DNA of 64,000 nucleotides, from contig JACQVA010000168.1 of assembly GCA_016210005.1 (NCBI GenBank), positions 9,547 to 73,546 of the forward strand, read 5' to 3'. The stretch is from Deltaproteobacteria bacterium. GTDB taxonomy: Bacteria; Desulfobacterota; Binatia; HRBIN30; JACQVA1. Position 1 is the stretch's first letter. Every line of letters begins with the position of its first letter. This document shows positions 30,969-39,784 of the stretch, piece by piece. The notes beneath the pieces are model-generated. The model ran no database searches, had not been told where the DNA came from, and saw only the letters and a program-made list of their open reading frames with translations. Made by a program: the position numbers and the translations under genes.

Positions 30969-31421
30969 TTAGATCCCCAGATCGGATAACATCCCCGGGT
31001 CATCCATGAACGCCTGTTCCGAATCGGCAAAGACCTTCGTCCATACCCCACGGTCCCAGATCCGAAACTTCTCCCCGATGCCGACAAAGGTGACATCGCG
31101 AGCCAGTCCGGCATAAGTCCGCAACGCTGGCGGGAGCAGGATTCGCCCCTGCTTGTCGATTTCGCACTCGTGTGCGCCAGCCAGATAGTAGTTCTGGAAC
31201 CGCATCATCTTGTTATCGAACTGCGGTCGTTCCCGCAGGCGTTTTTCAAACTCGACCCAGGCAGGGTAGGGGTAGGCGTCTAAGCAGCGGGCCGATTCCG
31301 AGAAGAAGTTGGTGATGACGACCCGCCCGGCGCTGGCGGCGAGGAGGAAGTCGCGGAACTTGGCTGGCACACTGACGCGCCCCTTATCGTCCACCGTGTG
31401 CTCATAGTTTCCGCGAAACAC
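30969..31421 (-). CDS. mraZ: Transcriptional regulator MraZ
   Basis: Duplicated SpoVT/AbrB-like halves: DDKGRVSVPAKFR and IDKQGRILLPPALR. Confidence 0.95.
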   Translation of the reverse strand: MFRGNYEHTVDDKGRVSVPAKFRDFLLAASAGRVVITNFFSESARCLDAYPYPAWVEFEKRLRERPQFDNKMMRFQNYYLAGAHECEIDKQGRILLPPALRTYAGLARDVTFVGIGEKFRIWDRGVWTKVFADSEQAFMDDPGMLSDLGI

Positions 31422-31445
31422 TTTACACCGCCGCTTGGCCTATCC

Positions 31446-31471
31446 TCCCACCACCTGCCACTTTGCCCCAC
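31446..31471 (-). promoter_or_regulatory. Putative MraZ operator: three direct GTGG(G/C)(G/A) repeats phased at exactly 10 bp
   Basis: The minus strand reads GTGGGGCAAA-GTGGCAGGTG-GTGGGA, immediately downstream of the -10 box. Confidence 0.5.
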
Positions 31472-31481
31472 AGCGTGCCAG

Positions 31482-31510
31482 GTTATAGGCGGGTCCGTCC
31501 CACCTGTCAA
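31482..31510 (-). promoter_or_regulatory. dcw promoter (TTGACA-17 nt-TATAAC)
   Basis: Minus strand TTGACA at 31510-31505, a 17-nt spacer, and TATAAC at 31487-31482. It lies about 60 nt upstream of the mraZ ATG. Confidence 0.6.
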
Positions 31511-31552
31511 GAACAAATTTTCAAAAAAGCGGGGGTGGCCGCCAGAGCGAAT

Positions 31553-31990
31553 TCAGGACGAGGCGAGAACCTCGACCTCCAGCTGGACTGGCGCCTTCAG
31601 GGAGCGACTGACCAGGCAGCTCTGCTCGGCCTTGTGGGCAACGCGCTCGATGCGCCCATGTTCGACCTCGGGCGGCGCGGTGATCTTGACCTTGAGAGCG
31701 ATCGCACTGAAGGCGAGCCCGCCTTCGACCCGGTCAAGAATCCCCTCGGCTGCGCACTCGATCGTTGAGAAGCTTATCTTTGAAGCTGCGGCGATGGCCC
31801 TGAAGGTGAACACAAAGCAGCTGGCTACCGCAGCAACAAGCAGCTCTTCCGGCGACCACCGATCGCCCGGGCCGTCGAAGGCGGCGGGTGGCGCGAGGGT
31901 GAGCAGATCGAGCCCGGCAGCGCTTGCGGTTGCCGGGCCGCTGGCCTCGGCTCGCAGCGCAATCCGATAGTAGTGGGGAAGTTCGTGCAT
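31553..31990 (-). CDS. OsmC/Ohr-family protein
   Basis: About 145 aa. It has the two conserved Cys contexts of the family, ELLVAAVASCF and AEQSCLVS. Confidence 0.8.
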   Translation of the reverse strand: MHELPHYYRIALRAEASGPATASAAGLDLLTLAPPAAFDGPGDRWSPEELLVAAVASCFVFTFRAIAAASKISFSTIECAAEGILDRVEGGLAFSAIALKVKITAPPEVEHGRIERVAHKAEQSCLVSRSLKAPVQLEVEVLASS

Positions 31991-32073
31991 CCGACCCTCC
32001 GATAGATCCGTACGACAACCCTAACTCCGAGGAGCGGCAGAAGTCCAACGCCGAGAACAAACGAGTGGCGGCG

Positions 32074-32102
32074 TTGACTTCACTTGGGGCGGTCGCTATC
32101 TG
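32074..32102 (+). promoter_or_regulatory. Candidate promoter of the initiator tRNA (TTGACT-17 nt-TATCTG)
   Basis: Good -35 box and correct spacing but a weak -10 box. It ends 17 nt before tRNA position 1. Confidence 0.35.
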
Positions 32103-32119
32103 TTAGCGGCTGAAGTTGG

Positions 32120-32193
<74 letters not shown>

Positions 32194-32198
32194 CGTTC

Positions 32199-32241
32199 GA
32201 GGCCCTGCAAAATCAACAGTTTGCGGGGCCTCGCTGTTTTC
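32199..32241 (+). terminator. Rho-independent terminator after the tRNA
   Basis: GAGGCCCTGCAAA-ATCAACAG-TTTGCGGGGCCTC forms a 13-bp stem with one G-U pair, followed by GCTGTTTTC. Confidence 0.7.
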
Positions 32242-32311
32242 GGGAAGCTGCGCGAGCGCTGCTTTGACAGCCACCCGCGCAAATTGGCCGGTATGCCCGT
32301 TTCTGCTCCTT

Positions 32312-32605
32312 CTACAGGCGCTGAGCGCCGGGTGTGACCCGTGCCGCCACTATTCCCAGCAGCACCAGGGTAAGGCCATTGAGGCCGAGCAGCATGCCGG
32401 CGGTGGCGCCGGTGATTTGAAAGGCGCGGCGCACCTGCGCCCCTTTGAACTCGGCTTCGTAGAGCACGTTGCCGGGATTGCGCGCCGCCACCAGCGCTGC
32501 CTTGCGGTAGTCCTCGTCGCGCACCACCTGGAGGGTACAAGTGATGACAAGGGCGAGGCCAAGCACGACCACCGCCGCCCCGAGCAGCTTGCACAACCGG
32601 GCCAT
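32312..32605 (-). CDS. Small two-TM membrane protein (97 aa)
   Basis: Its ATG directly abuts the coaW stop (TGAATG). Two hydrophobic segments: LLGAAVVVLGLALVITC and GMLLGLNGLTLVLLGIVAA. Confidence 0.5.
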   Translation of the reverse strand: MARLCKLLGAAVVVLGLALVITCTLQVVRDEDYRKAALVAARNPGNVLYEAEFKGAQVRRAFQITGATAGMLLGLNGLTLVLLGIVAARVTPGAQRL

Positions 32606-33418
32606 TCACGCCTCCGCGCCCAGGCTGCGCGCCGCGCCGATCGCGGTGGCGTACTCTGCGTGCTGCGGGATGGTGAAGTTGCGCTCGAACAGAAAGCGGG
32701 TGGCTTTAATGCGCTCGACAAACGGGCGCACGCGCAGGAGCTTGCCGGTGAGTACCACATCGCGGTGCTCGGCGGCGCGCGCCGCCAGTACGCTGAGTAC
32801 CACGATCACCTCGGCGATCATGTTGACCAGCGCCTTGGCCTTGTCCTCCGCCGTCGCGTCGGACGAGAGTTTACCGAAGTTGCTCGCCGTCGCGTCGGCC
32901 GGCACGTAGCCGACCGGCCCGCCGGTGATATCGCCGACGGTGAGATCGATGCGCGAGAGGTCGCCCTTCTCGGCGAGCTGTTCGAGGGTTTCGAGGCGGA
33001 TCACGTTGAGCAAATGCTTCGACAGGCCGAGCAGCGTGCCGCCGCCGACGCCGGTACCGCCGACATGGGCGATGTGCTCGCCCTTCACCGAGACAATGGC
33101 GGTGCCGGTGCCGAGCGAGACCACCAGCGCATCACGCATGCCCGACAGCGTTGCCCCGCCCACGCCGATGGCCGTGATTTCGGAGACCTTGTGAACCGGG
33201 ATCCCGAGCAGTTCTTCGCCCAGCAAGCGCGCCCCGCCGCCGGTGGCCGCTATGGCCGTAATCCCACTGAGCCGCGCGTTGAGGTCACTGACCAGTCTAC
33301 CGAGCGCGCCGGCAGCCGCGGCGACCGGGTCGTTGGCCTCGACCGAGACGACGTGAATCTGCTCGCCCAACACCACCGCGTCGGTGGTCGAGCCGCCGAT
33401 ATCTATGCCGATGATCAC
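32606..33418 (-). CDS. coaW: Type II pantothenate kinase (CoaW-like)
   Basis: Block-by-block match to staphylococcal/eukaryotic PanK-II: IGIDIGGS, ATGGGA, SLGTGTAIV, VGGTGVGGGTLLGL, GDLSRIDLTVGDI, ASNFGK, AIGAA. The GTG start overlaps the upstream stop (GTGA at 33415-33418). Confidence 0.8.
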   Translation of the reverse strand: MIIGIDIGGSTTDAVVLGEQIHVVSVEANDPVAAAAGALGRLVSDLNARLSGITAIAATGGGARLLGEELLGIPVHKVSEITAIGVGGATLSGMRDALVVSLGTGTAIVSVKGEHIAHVGGTGVGGGTLLGLSKHLLNVIRLETLEQLAEKGDLSRIDLTVGDITGGPVGYVPADATASNFGKLSSDATAEDKAKALVNMIAEVIVVLSVLAARAAEHRDVVLTGKLLRVRPFVERIKATRFLFERNFTIPQHAEYATAIGAARSLGAEA

Positions 33419-34662
33419 CCGTGCACCTCCTGGGCCAAGTCTAGCCGGTACACCGCCACCTGCTGGCGGCGGGCGGGGTCGTAGTCTCGCCACTTCGCCG
33501 CCGCCACCTCGCTGGTGCCGACGCGGCGAAATCCTTGGCGCTCGAAAAATGCCTGTGCCCGAACCTCGGTGGTGCAGGCAAAGACGTACGCCAAGCGCAG
33601 GGCGCGGGCGTCAGCCAGCACTTGCTGGACCAAGCGCGCACCCACCCCTTCACCCTTGAAGCGCGTGATGGTGTAGAGGCCGACGATCTCGCCCGCGCGC
33701 TCGGCGCTGTAGGGCGCGGTGACGAGCGCGCACACGCCGGCGAGATGGTGCGTGCTGATGGTTGCACCGTAGCCCGTCAGCAAGATTTCGCTGATCTCGT
33801 CCGGCCGGCGCAGCTTGAGAAAACCCTCGCGCTGGCCGCGCTCGATCAGCCGCTCGACCTCCTCGAAGTCGTCGATGCGCAGCCGCTCGACCCGACAGTA
33901 ATCCTGCAAGGTGAACAGCGTACCCGAGCCCTCGTAAGTGAACAGCTCGCGCGCCAGACCGGCGAGCGCGCATAGATTGACCGAGCCGACCCCGCCGCGC
34001 AGCGCGGCACGCACCACGCTGAGCGTGGCACGGCGGTCCGCCAGACCGGCCCACTCGGCTTCGCCGGCGTGCAGGATGGTGGTCAGGGTCGGCTCGTCCA
34101 TGAATGACAGTTGCCGCCCGTCGGCGCCGGCGATGCCACCGGCCGGCTCCACCAGCACCAGTTTGTGCACGCCGAAGCGCTGAGCCAGCGTAGCGCTGAC
34201 CTGGTACAGCGCGGCATCGTCTTCCACCGCGCCGACGAACAGCGGGCCGCCGCGCAAGATGCTCCACACCCGCGCCAACGCCTCGGCAGCGGTGCCGGCG
34301 TCGATCAGCTCGGCGGCGGACAACTGGGCAAACGCGGCCGGGCGGCCGCGCTGCCCGCGCACTTGCGGGAACAGCGGCAGAGTCTCTTCCCGGAACAGCA
34401 GCGGGCCGAGCCGGCGCTGCAACCGGCGCAGCAATTGCTCACCCGAGAGCCGCCCGGTGCCGCCGAACAACAACAGCGCTCGCGTATCGTTGCGCAGCAA
34501 CTCGCGCGCGATTGCCCCGATGGCGTCGTAGTGCTCCTCGTTGCCGAACTCGGCCAGCGGCAGCGCGAACACCAGCGTGCGCCCGCGAAACTCGTCGAGG
34601 TAGAATTCCTTCTCGCTGAACAGCAGATCTGCCGCCGCTTGGGCTGGGGCTGCGCTGGTCAC
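33415..34662 (-). CDS. N-acetylglutamate synthase-like protein (amino-acid-kinase-like N-domain + GNAT C-domain)
   Basis: The C-terminal GNAT core is GEIVGLYTITRFKGEGVGARLVQ...AFFERQGFR. The N-terminal half is AAK-like but looks degenerate. Confidence 0.65.
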   Translation of the reverse strand: MTSAAPAQAAADLLFSEKEFYLDEFRGRTLVFALPLAEFGNEEHYDAIGAIARELLRNDTRALLLFGGTGRLSGEQLLRRLQRRLGPLLFREETLPLFPQVRGQRGRPAAFAQLSAAELIDAGTAAEALARVWSILRGGPLFVGAVEDDAALYQVSATLAQRFGVHKLVLVEPAGGIAGADGRQLSFMDEPTLTTILHAGEAEWAGLADRRATLSVVRAALRGGVGSVNLCALAGLARELFTYEGSGTLFTLQDYCRVERLRIDDFEEVERLIERGQREGFLKLRRPDEISEILLTGYGATISTHHLAGVCALVTAPYSAERAGEIVGLYTITRFKGEGVGARLVQQVLADARALRLAYVFACTTEVRAQAFFERQGFRRVGTSEVAAAKWRDYDPARRQQVAVYRLDLAQEVHG

Positions 34663-34748
34663 GCCGACCCCTTACCACAATTGCACCGTGGCGGTAACTC
34701 GGTGTTGCCGGCCCCGTACTCCACCCGCCCTGGCGGTGGGTCTCTCGC

Positions 34749-36233
34749 TCACACCGCCAGCGAGCGTACGGCGGCGACGGCGCGGCGCCAACCCTGGTAG
34801 AGCGCCTCACGCGCCTCGGGCTTCATCTTCGGCTTGAAAACCCGGTCGGTCTGGCGCACACGTTCCAGCGCCCTGGCATCCTTCCATAAGCCGACGCCCA
34901 GGCCGGCCAGCAGCGCGGCCCCGAGTGCGGTGGTCTCGATCACCTTCGGGCGATCCACCGCGGCGCCGAGGAGGTCGGCTTGGAACTGCATCAAGAAGTC
35001 GTTGGCCGCCGCGCCGCCGTCCACCCGTAAGCCGCCGAGGTGCTCCGCCGACTCCGTCAGCATGGTGTCGACGACGTCCCGCGTTTGGTAGGCCAGCGAT
35101 TCCAAGGTTGCCCGCACCACGTGTGCTCGGGTCACCCCGCGTGTTAGTCCGAGCAGGGCGCCGCGGGCCTGCGCGTCCCAGTAGGGCGCGCCGAGTCCGA
35201 CGAAGGCGGGCACCAGGTACACGCCCAAGGTCGAGTCCACCTGCCGCGCCAGCCGCTCGCTCTCGGCGGCTTTGGCGATGATGCCGAGCCCGTCGCGCAG
35301 CCACTGCACCGCCGCCCCGGCAATGAAGATCGAGCCTTCGAGCGCATAAGCCGGGCCGCCGTCGGCCGCGCAGGCCATGGTGGTGAGCAGGCCGCGGCGC
35401 GACTCGATGATCTCGTTGCCGGTGAACAACAGCAAAAAGCAGCCGGTGCCGTACGTGTTCTTGACCAGTCCGGGACGAAAACAGGCTTGTCCGAAGAGCG
35501 CGGCCTGTTGATCGCCGGCCACGCCGGCGATCGGCACCTCAGCACCGAAGACCTTCTTGTCGGTGGTTGCGATCACGCCGCTGGATCGCACCACCGGCGG
35601 CAGGATGCTGGCCGGCACTTCCAGTGCGCGCAGCAACTCGGGGTCCCACTGGTGCTCGCGAATGTTGAACAGCAACGTGCGCGAGGCGTTGGTGAAGTCG
35701 GTGGCGTGTACGCGGCCGCCGGTGAGCTGCCAGATCAGCCAGCTGTCGATGGTGCCGAAGGCGAGCCGGTCGGCCTTGGCGCGGGCGCCTTTGACGTGAT
35801 CGAGTAGCCACTTTACCTTGGTGCCGGAGAAGTACGGATCGAGCACCAGGCCGGTCTTTGCGCGCACGCTGTATTCGAGGTCCGCCGCCTTGAGGTTGTC
35901 ACAGATGGGTGCGGTGCGGCGGTCTTGCCAGACGATGGCGCGATGGATGGGCCGGCCGCTCTTGCGCTCCCAGATCACCGTGGTCTCGCGTTGGTTGGTG
36001 ATGCCGATGGCGGCGATCTCGGCGGGCGTCAGCCGCGCCTGGCGCAGCGCCTGCTTGATAACTCGCTGCGTGACGGCCCAAATCTCGTCGGCGTCATGCT
36101 CGACCCAGCCGGGTTTGGGATAATACTGGTGGAATTCCGAGTAGCCGCGGCCACGCACGCGGCCGCTGTCGTCGAACACCATCGTCGTGCTGCCGGTCGT
36201 GCCTTGATCAATGGCCAAAACGAACCGCGCCAT
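34749..36233 (-). CDS. glpK: Glycerol kinase
   Basis: FGGY family: [31 protein letters not shown] and the C-terminal YQGWRRAV region. Confidence 0.96.
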   Translation of the reverse strand: MARFVLAIDQGTTGSTTMVFDDSGRVRGRGYSEFHQYYPKPGWVEHDADEIWAVTQRVIKQALRQARLTPAEIAAIGITNQRETTVIWERKSGRPIHRAIVWQDRRTAPICDNLKAADLEYSVRAKTGLVLDPYFSGTKVKWLLDHVKGARAKADRLAFGTIDSWLIWQLTGGRVHATDFTNASRTLLFNIREHQWDPELLRALEVPASILPPVVRSSGVIATTDKKVFGAEVPIAGVAGDQQAALFGQACFRPGLVKNTYGTGCFLLLFTGNEIIESRRGLLTTMACAADGGPAYALEGSIFIAGAAVQWLRDGLGIIAKAAESERLARQVDSTLGVYLVPAFVGLGAPYWDAQARGALLGLTRGVTRAHVVRATLESLAYQTRDVVDTMLTESAEHLGGLRVDGGAAANDFLMQFQADLLGAAVDRPKVIETTALGAALLAGLGVGLWKDARALERVRQTDRVFKPKMKPEAREALYQGWRRAVAAVRSLAV

Positions 36234-36353
36234 ACCGCATCTCCTCTGCGAGCGCGACAGTCGTCACTCGGAGCGGGAAAGTCAAGGACTGCGCCCAGAG
36301 GCAGATCTCCGCGGCGCGGGTTGAAAGCGGCACAACCACAACGGGCGTGTAGC

Positions 36354-38933
36354 CTACAAAGCCGCTAGCGCGGCGCGCTCGAGCCAGCCGCGCTGGCCGT
36401 CGCGCCGAGCCACTTGCGCCCAGCCCTCACGCTCGGTGATTATCCGCACCACGCTGCCGGGCTTGACGGCGTAGTGGGCGGTGCCACTGGCGGAGGGCTC
36501 GAAGCGCACGGTGGCTTCGGCCGCGGCGACCACGACCGCGTACGGCGGCAGCTCCATCGCCGCCAGACGATAGACCCCGGAACTGAGCACGAGCGCCAGC
36601 ACCAACCCCGCCGCCAGCGCCAGGCGGGCGACCAGGCGCCGAGTTGTGGGCAGCAGCCGGCCGCAAATGAGCACCAGCACCAGTGCGGTGTAGACGGCGG
36701 TGGCGGCGAGCAGCAGCTCGTCGCCGGTCATGCGCTCGGCCAGCGGGAACAGCAGGCGCGCCCACATCGGCAACGCCTCCGTGTCCCCGCTCAGTTCCTG
36801 GGCGTAACCGAGATTCGCCCGCACGTCGGGATCACGCGGCCGCAGGCGGTGAGCACGTTGATAGTTGAGCGCCGCACGGCCGGCGTCGCCGGCCTTGAAA
36901 TAGGCGTTGCCGAGGTTGAAGTACAGGCTCGCACTGGCCCAGCCGCTAGTCAGAACGCGCTCGTACTCGGCCGCGGCTTCACCATAGCGCTCCTCGCTGT
37001 AGAGGGCGTTGGCGTGGAAGAAGATCGTGTTAGGTGCTTCGGCTGCGGGTGTTGCTGCCACGGCCAAGCCGGCGAGCGCCAGCAGCATCAGCAGTGCTGC
37101 CGCCGAGCGGGCCAAGCGCCGCTCGCGCTCGAGCGCACGAACAATGGCATCGGCACGTTCGAGCGTACGTTCCATGCCGTCAGCGCCGGCCGCACCGGGC
37201 GAAAAACGCACGCGCTCGCAGGTGGCGAAGAATTCCTCCAACTCGATGGCGAGCGCGCCCGGCAAGCCTCTGGCCTGCAACCGGGCGCTAGCGCTGTCGG
37301 CAGTCACGCTGCCCGGCGGCAGGTCGAGCTTTGCTGAGAGATAATCACTCACTGCACGCGCCACCGCGTTGTAGAACCCGGCCTGGTCGCCGGCCTGCAG
37401 CGCCGCCCGCGCCCCCGCAATCGCCTGGCGCGCCGCCCGCCCGGCACGGGTAAAGCGGGCGTAACGCTCATCGCCGCTCAACCGCAGCCGGCGGCGGTCG
37501 TACAAGACCACCGCGATCCAGGCCAGTAACGGAATCGGCTGGTAGAGCCAGAACAGCGCGCCATGGTAGCGGCGCGCGCCGATCGGGGTGAATTCGCCCG
37601 GGGCATCCTTGATGAAGACGATGTCGCGCCCGAGCGGCTCCTGTACCCGCGGCCAGGCCGGCGGCGCGGCCCCGACGATTTGCGGCGCCGCCTGGGCCTG
37701 TGCCGACGGGCGCACCGCCAGCGCGATCGGTGGCGGGCTAATGGTGCGATACGCCCGTGCCGCCGGGTCGAAATAGCTGAAGCGCAGCGCCGGCAGCGTC
37801 ATTGCCCCCGGCTGCTGTGGCATGACCACCTGCTCGAAAACTTTCTCCTGCGGCTGGTCGCTCGGCTGCGCCTGCACCGGGTATGCTCGCAGCGTATCGC
37901 TGCCCGTAATCGCCGGGGCGGTGACGTTATCGAGATTGCCGGCGCCGCTGATCGTCACCGTCACAGTCACCGGATCACCAACCGCTAACTCCAGCGGTGC
38001 CGCTTTGGCCTCGAACTCGAATGCGCCGACAGCGCCGGAGAAATCCGCCGGCTTGCCCGCCTCGGGCAGCGGCAGCACGGTTAGAGTCAACGGCTCGGAT
38101 TGTAGCTCGACCGGCCGCCGTTGCGTTGAAAACGGGTCGTCGCCGAAGAAGCGCTCGAAGAACGGATCGCCGCCGCCGCGGCGACGTGACAATACATTGA
38201 GCGACATCTTCGCCGGTCCAAGCGGGAGCGGACCGCTGCGCAACGGCGTGAGCATGGTCTGGAAGTCGACCACTTGGAAGACGCCCTCGGCGGTTTGTTC
38301 CTGGCGCTGCGTGGGCTCGGGAAACTTGTCCACGGCCAAACCCTCGCCGGGCAGCGTCGGGTACTGCACATCGGCCACGCGCACGTTGCCGATGTAGAGC
38401 TTGAGCGTCAGCGGCACCCGCTCGTGCAGGTACAGTTCAGCCTTTGGGGTGGACAAGACCAGTCGCAGCACCTCGGCCGGCGCGGCCGCGCCTGAACCGC
38501 CGGCCCGCGGCGGTGCGCCGGCAACGGCCTGTAGTGTGACGCTGCCGGCATCAAGCTGCTGGCCGCCGAGGTCGACGATAATCGGCCCGAGCGTATAGGT
38601 GCCGGCCTTCAGCGCGGTGACCGCGTAGCGGTGGGTTACCGATGCCGACATCTGGCCGTTGACGATCGACACCTGGGTCGCGGGTCCGAGGTAGCGCAGG
38701 CTGAGCCCGTCGGGCGCGCTAAGAGCGGGCGCCGGCGCGTTCTGCGCGCCGGCCACCTCAATCGACAGATTGGCAGCGCTCCCGACCTGCACTTGCGAGC
38801 GATCGAGGTGGGCGCGCGCACTGACCTCAGCCAACGCCGCGCCGGCGCAAAGCAGTACCAGCGCCAGAGCGCTAGCCACAGCCGGTGAGCGCCGCTTGCC
38901 GCATCCGCAAGCTCGAACAACTCCGGCAGCCAT
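36354..38933 (-). CDS. BatD-like protein fused to BatE-like TPR + SH3b module
   Basis: Signal peptide, then BatD-type repeats (AHLDRSQVQVG...TYTLGPIIV). TM segments follow, then TPR (ANALYSEERYGEAAAEYERVL, YFNLGNAYFKAGD) and a C-terminal SH3b-like ATVRFEPSASG...GWAQV...GWL. ATG 38933 lies 3 nt after the batC stop. Confidence 0.75.
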   Translation of the reverse strand: MAAGVVRACGCGKRRSPAVASALALVLLCAGAALAEVSARAHLDRSQVQVGSAANLSIEVAGAQNAPAPALSAPDGLSLRYLGPATQVSIVNGQMSASVTHRYAVTALKAGTYTLGPIIVDLGGQQLDAGSVTLQAVAGAPPRAGGSGAAAPAEVLRLVLSTPKAELYLHERVPLTLKLYIGNVRVADVQYPTLPGEGLAVDKFPEPTQRQEQTAEGVFQVVDFQTMLTPLRSGPLPLGPAKMSLNVLSRRRGGGDPFFERFFGDDPFSTQRRPVELQSEPLTLTVLPLPEAGKPADFSGAVGAFEFEAKAAPLELAVGDPVTVTVTISGAGNLDNVTAPAITGSDTLRAYPVQAQPSDQPQEKVFEQVVMPQQPGAMTLPALRFSYFDPAARAYRTISPPPIALAVRPSAQAQAAPQIVGAAPPAWPRVQEPLGRDIVFIKDAPGEFTPIGARRYHGALFWLYQPIPLLAWIAVVLYDRRRLRLSGDERYARFTRAGRAARQAIAGARAALQAGDQAGFYNAVARAVSDYLSAKLDLPPGSVTADSASARLQARGLPGALAIELEEFFATCERVRFSPGAAGADGMERTLERADAIVRALERERRLARSAAALLMLLALAGLAVAATPAAEAPNTIFFHANALYSEERYGEAAAEYERVLTSGWASASLYFNLGNAYFKAGDAGRAALNYQRAHRLRPRDPDVRANLGYAQELSGDTEALPMWARLLFPLAERMTGDELLLAATAVYTALVLVLICGRLLPTTRRLVARLALAAGLVLALVLSSGVYRLAAMELPPYAVVVAAAEATVRFEPSASGTAHYAVKPGSVVRIITEREGWAQVARRDGQRGWLERAALAAL

Positions 38934-38935
38934 CT

Positions 38936-39784
38936 TCACCAATCCTGCGCCGGCTCAGCTACTACTGCGCCGTGGAGCTTCTTGAGCACTTCGTCGGGCT
39001 GCACTTCCTGGTCGCGTTGCGAGTCGAGGACGGCAGCGGCCTCCTGCTTGGACATCTCCCCCTCCTGCTTCTCGCCCGACTCCTCGCCGGCGCCGGCCGC
39101 CTGTTGCTCGGGCTGACTCGGTTGCTGCGCTTGCTGCTGCTCGGGCTGTGGCTGACTCTCGCCTTGCTGCTTCTCTTGCTGCGTTTGCTCCTTCGGCTCG
39201 CCTTGATCTTGTTGCTGGTCCTGATCTTGCGGCTGCTGTTGTTGCTGTTGCTGTTGCTGTTGCTGCTCTTCGAGCTTCTGCTTGAGCTCGGTGAGCTTCT
39301 TGTGCACGAACTCGTAGTTGAATTTGCTATCGCTGTCTTGCGGTGCGACCGCCATGGCGCGGCGATAGGCGACGAGTGCCTCGGCGTAGCTGGTCAATGC
39401 GGCCTTCGGATCTTTAGCCTCCGCTGCCTCGCCGAGTTTGTACTTGGCATTTCCAAGGGCGACGGCCACGCGCGCCGTCTCGGCGGGCTTGTCATCGCCG
39501 GCCGGCACCAGCTGCAAGGCTTTGATGGCCTCGTCGTATTTGCCCTGGCGGTATTGGGCGAGCCCGAGGTTGAAGTGCAGTGCGGCCGAGTCGGGTTGAT
39601 CGACCAGGGCTTCGTTGTATTTGGCCACCGCCTCTTCGTACTTGCTGGCGGCGTAGAGGCGGTTGCCTTCACGGGCACGGGCGTGGGGATCGAGCCAGGC
39701 GATGCAGCTGGCGGCAAGGAGGCTCAACAGCAAACCCGCCTGGGGATGCGCTCTCCTCATTCGCCGCTCCTCCCCGGCCGTCAT
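38936..39784 (-). CDS. BatC-like TPR protein with Gln/Glu-rich low-complexity tail
   Basis: TPR region is GNRLYAASKYEEAVAKYNEAL...FNLGLAQYRQGKYDEAI. The tail is QQQQQQQQQQQPQDQDQQQDQGEPKEQTQQEKQQ. ATG 39784 overlaps the batB stop (ATGA). Confidence 0.7.
   Translation of the reverse strand: MTAGEERRMRRAHPQAGLLLSLLAASCIAWLDPHARAREGNRLYAASKYEEAVAKYNEALVDQPDSAALHFNLGLAQYRQGKYDEAIKALQLVPAGDDKPAETARVAVALGNAKYKLGEAAEAKDPKAALTSYAEALVAYRRAMAVAPQDSDSKFNYEFVHKKLTELKQKLEEQQQQQQQQQQQPQDQDQQQDQGEPKEQTQQEKQQGESQPQPEQQQAQQPSQPEQQAAGAGEESGEKQEGEMSKQEAAAVLDSQRDQEVQPDEVLKKLHGAVVAEPAQDW
39233..39267 (-). repeat. CAG/CAA (poly-Gln) trinucleotide tract inside batC-like gene
   Basis: The plus strand reads CTGCTGTTGTTGCTGTTGCTGTTGCTGTTGCTGCT, encoding 11 consecutive Gln. 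Confidence 0.9.
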
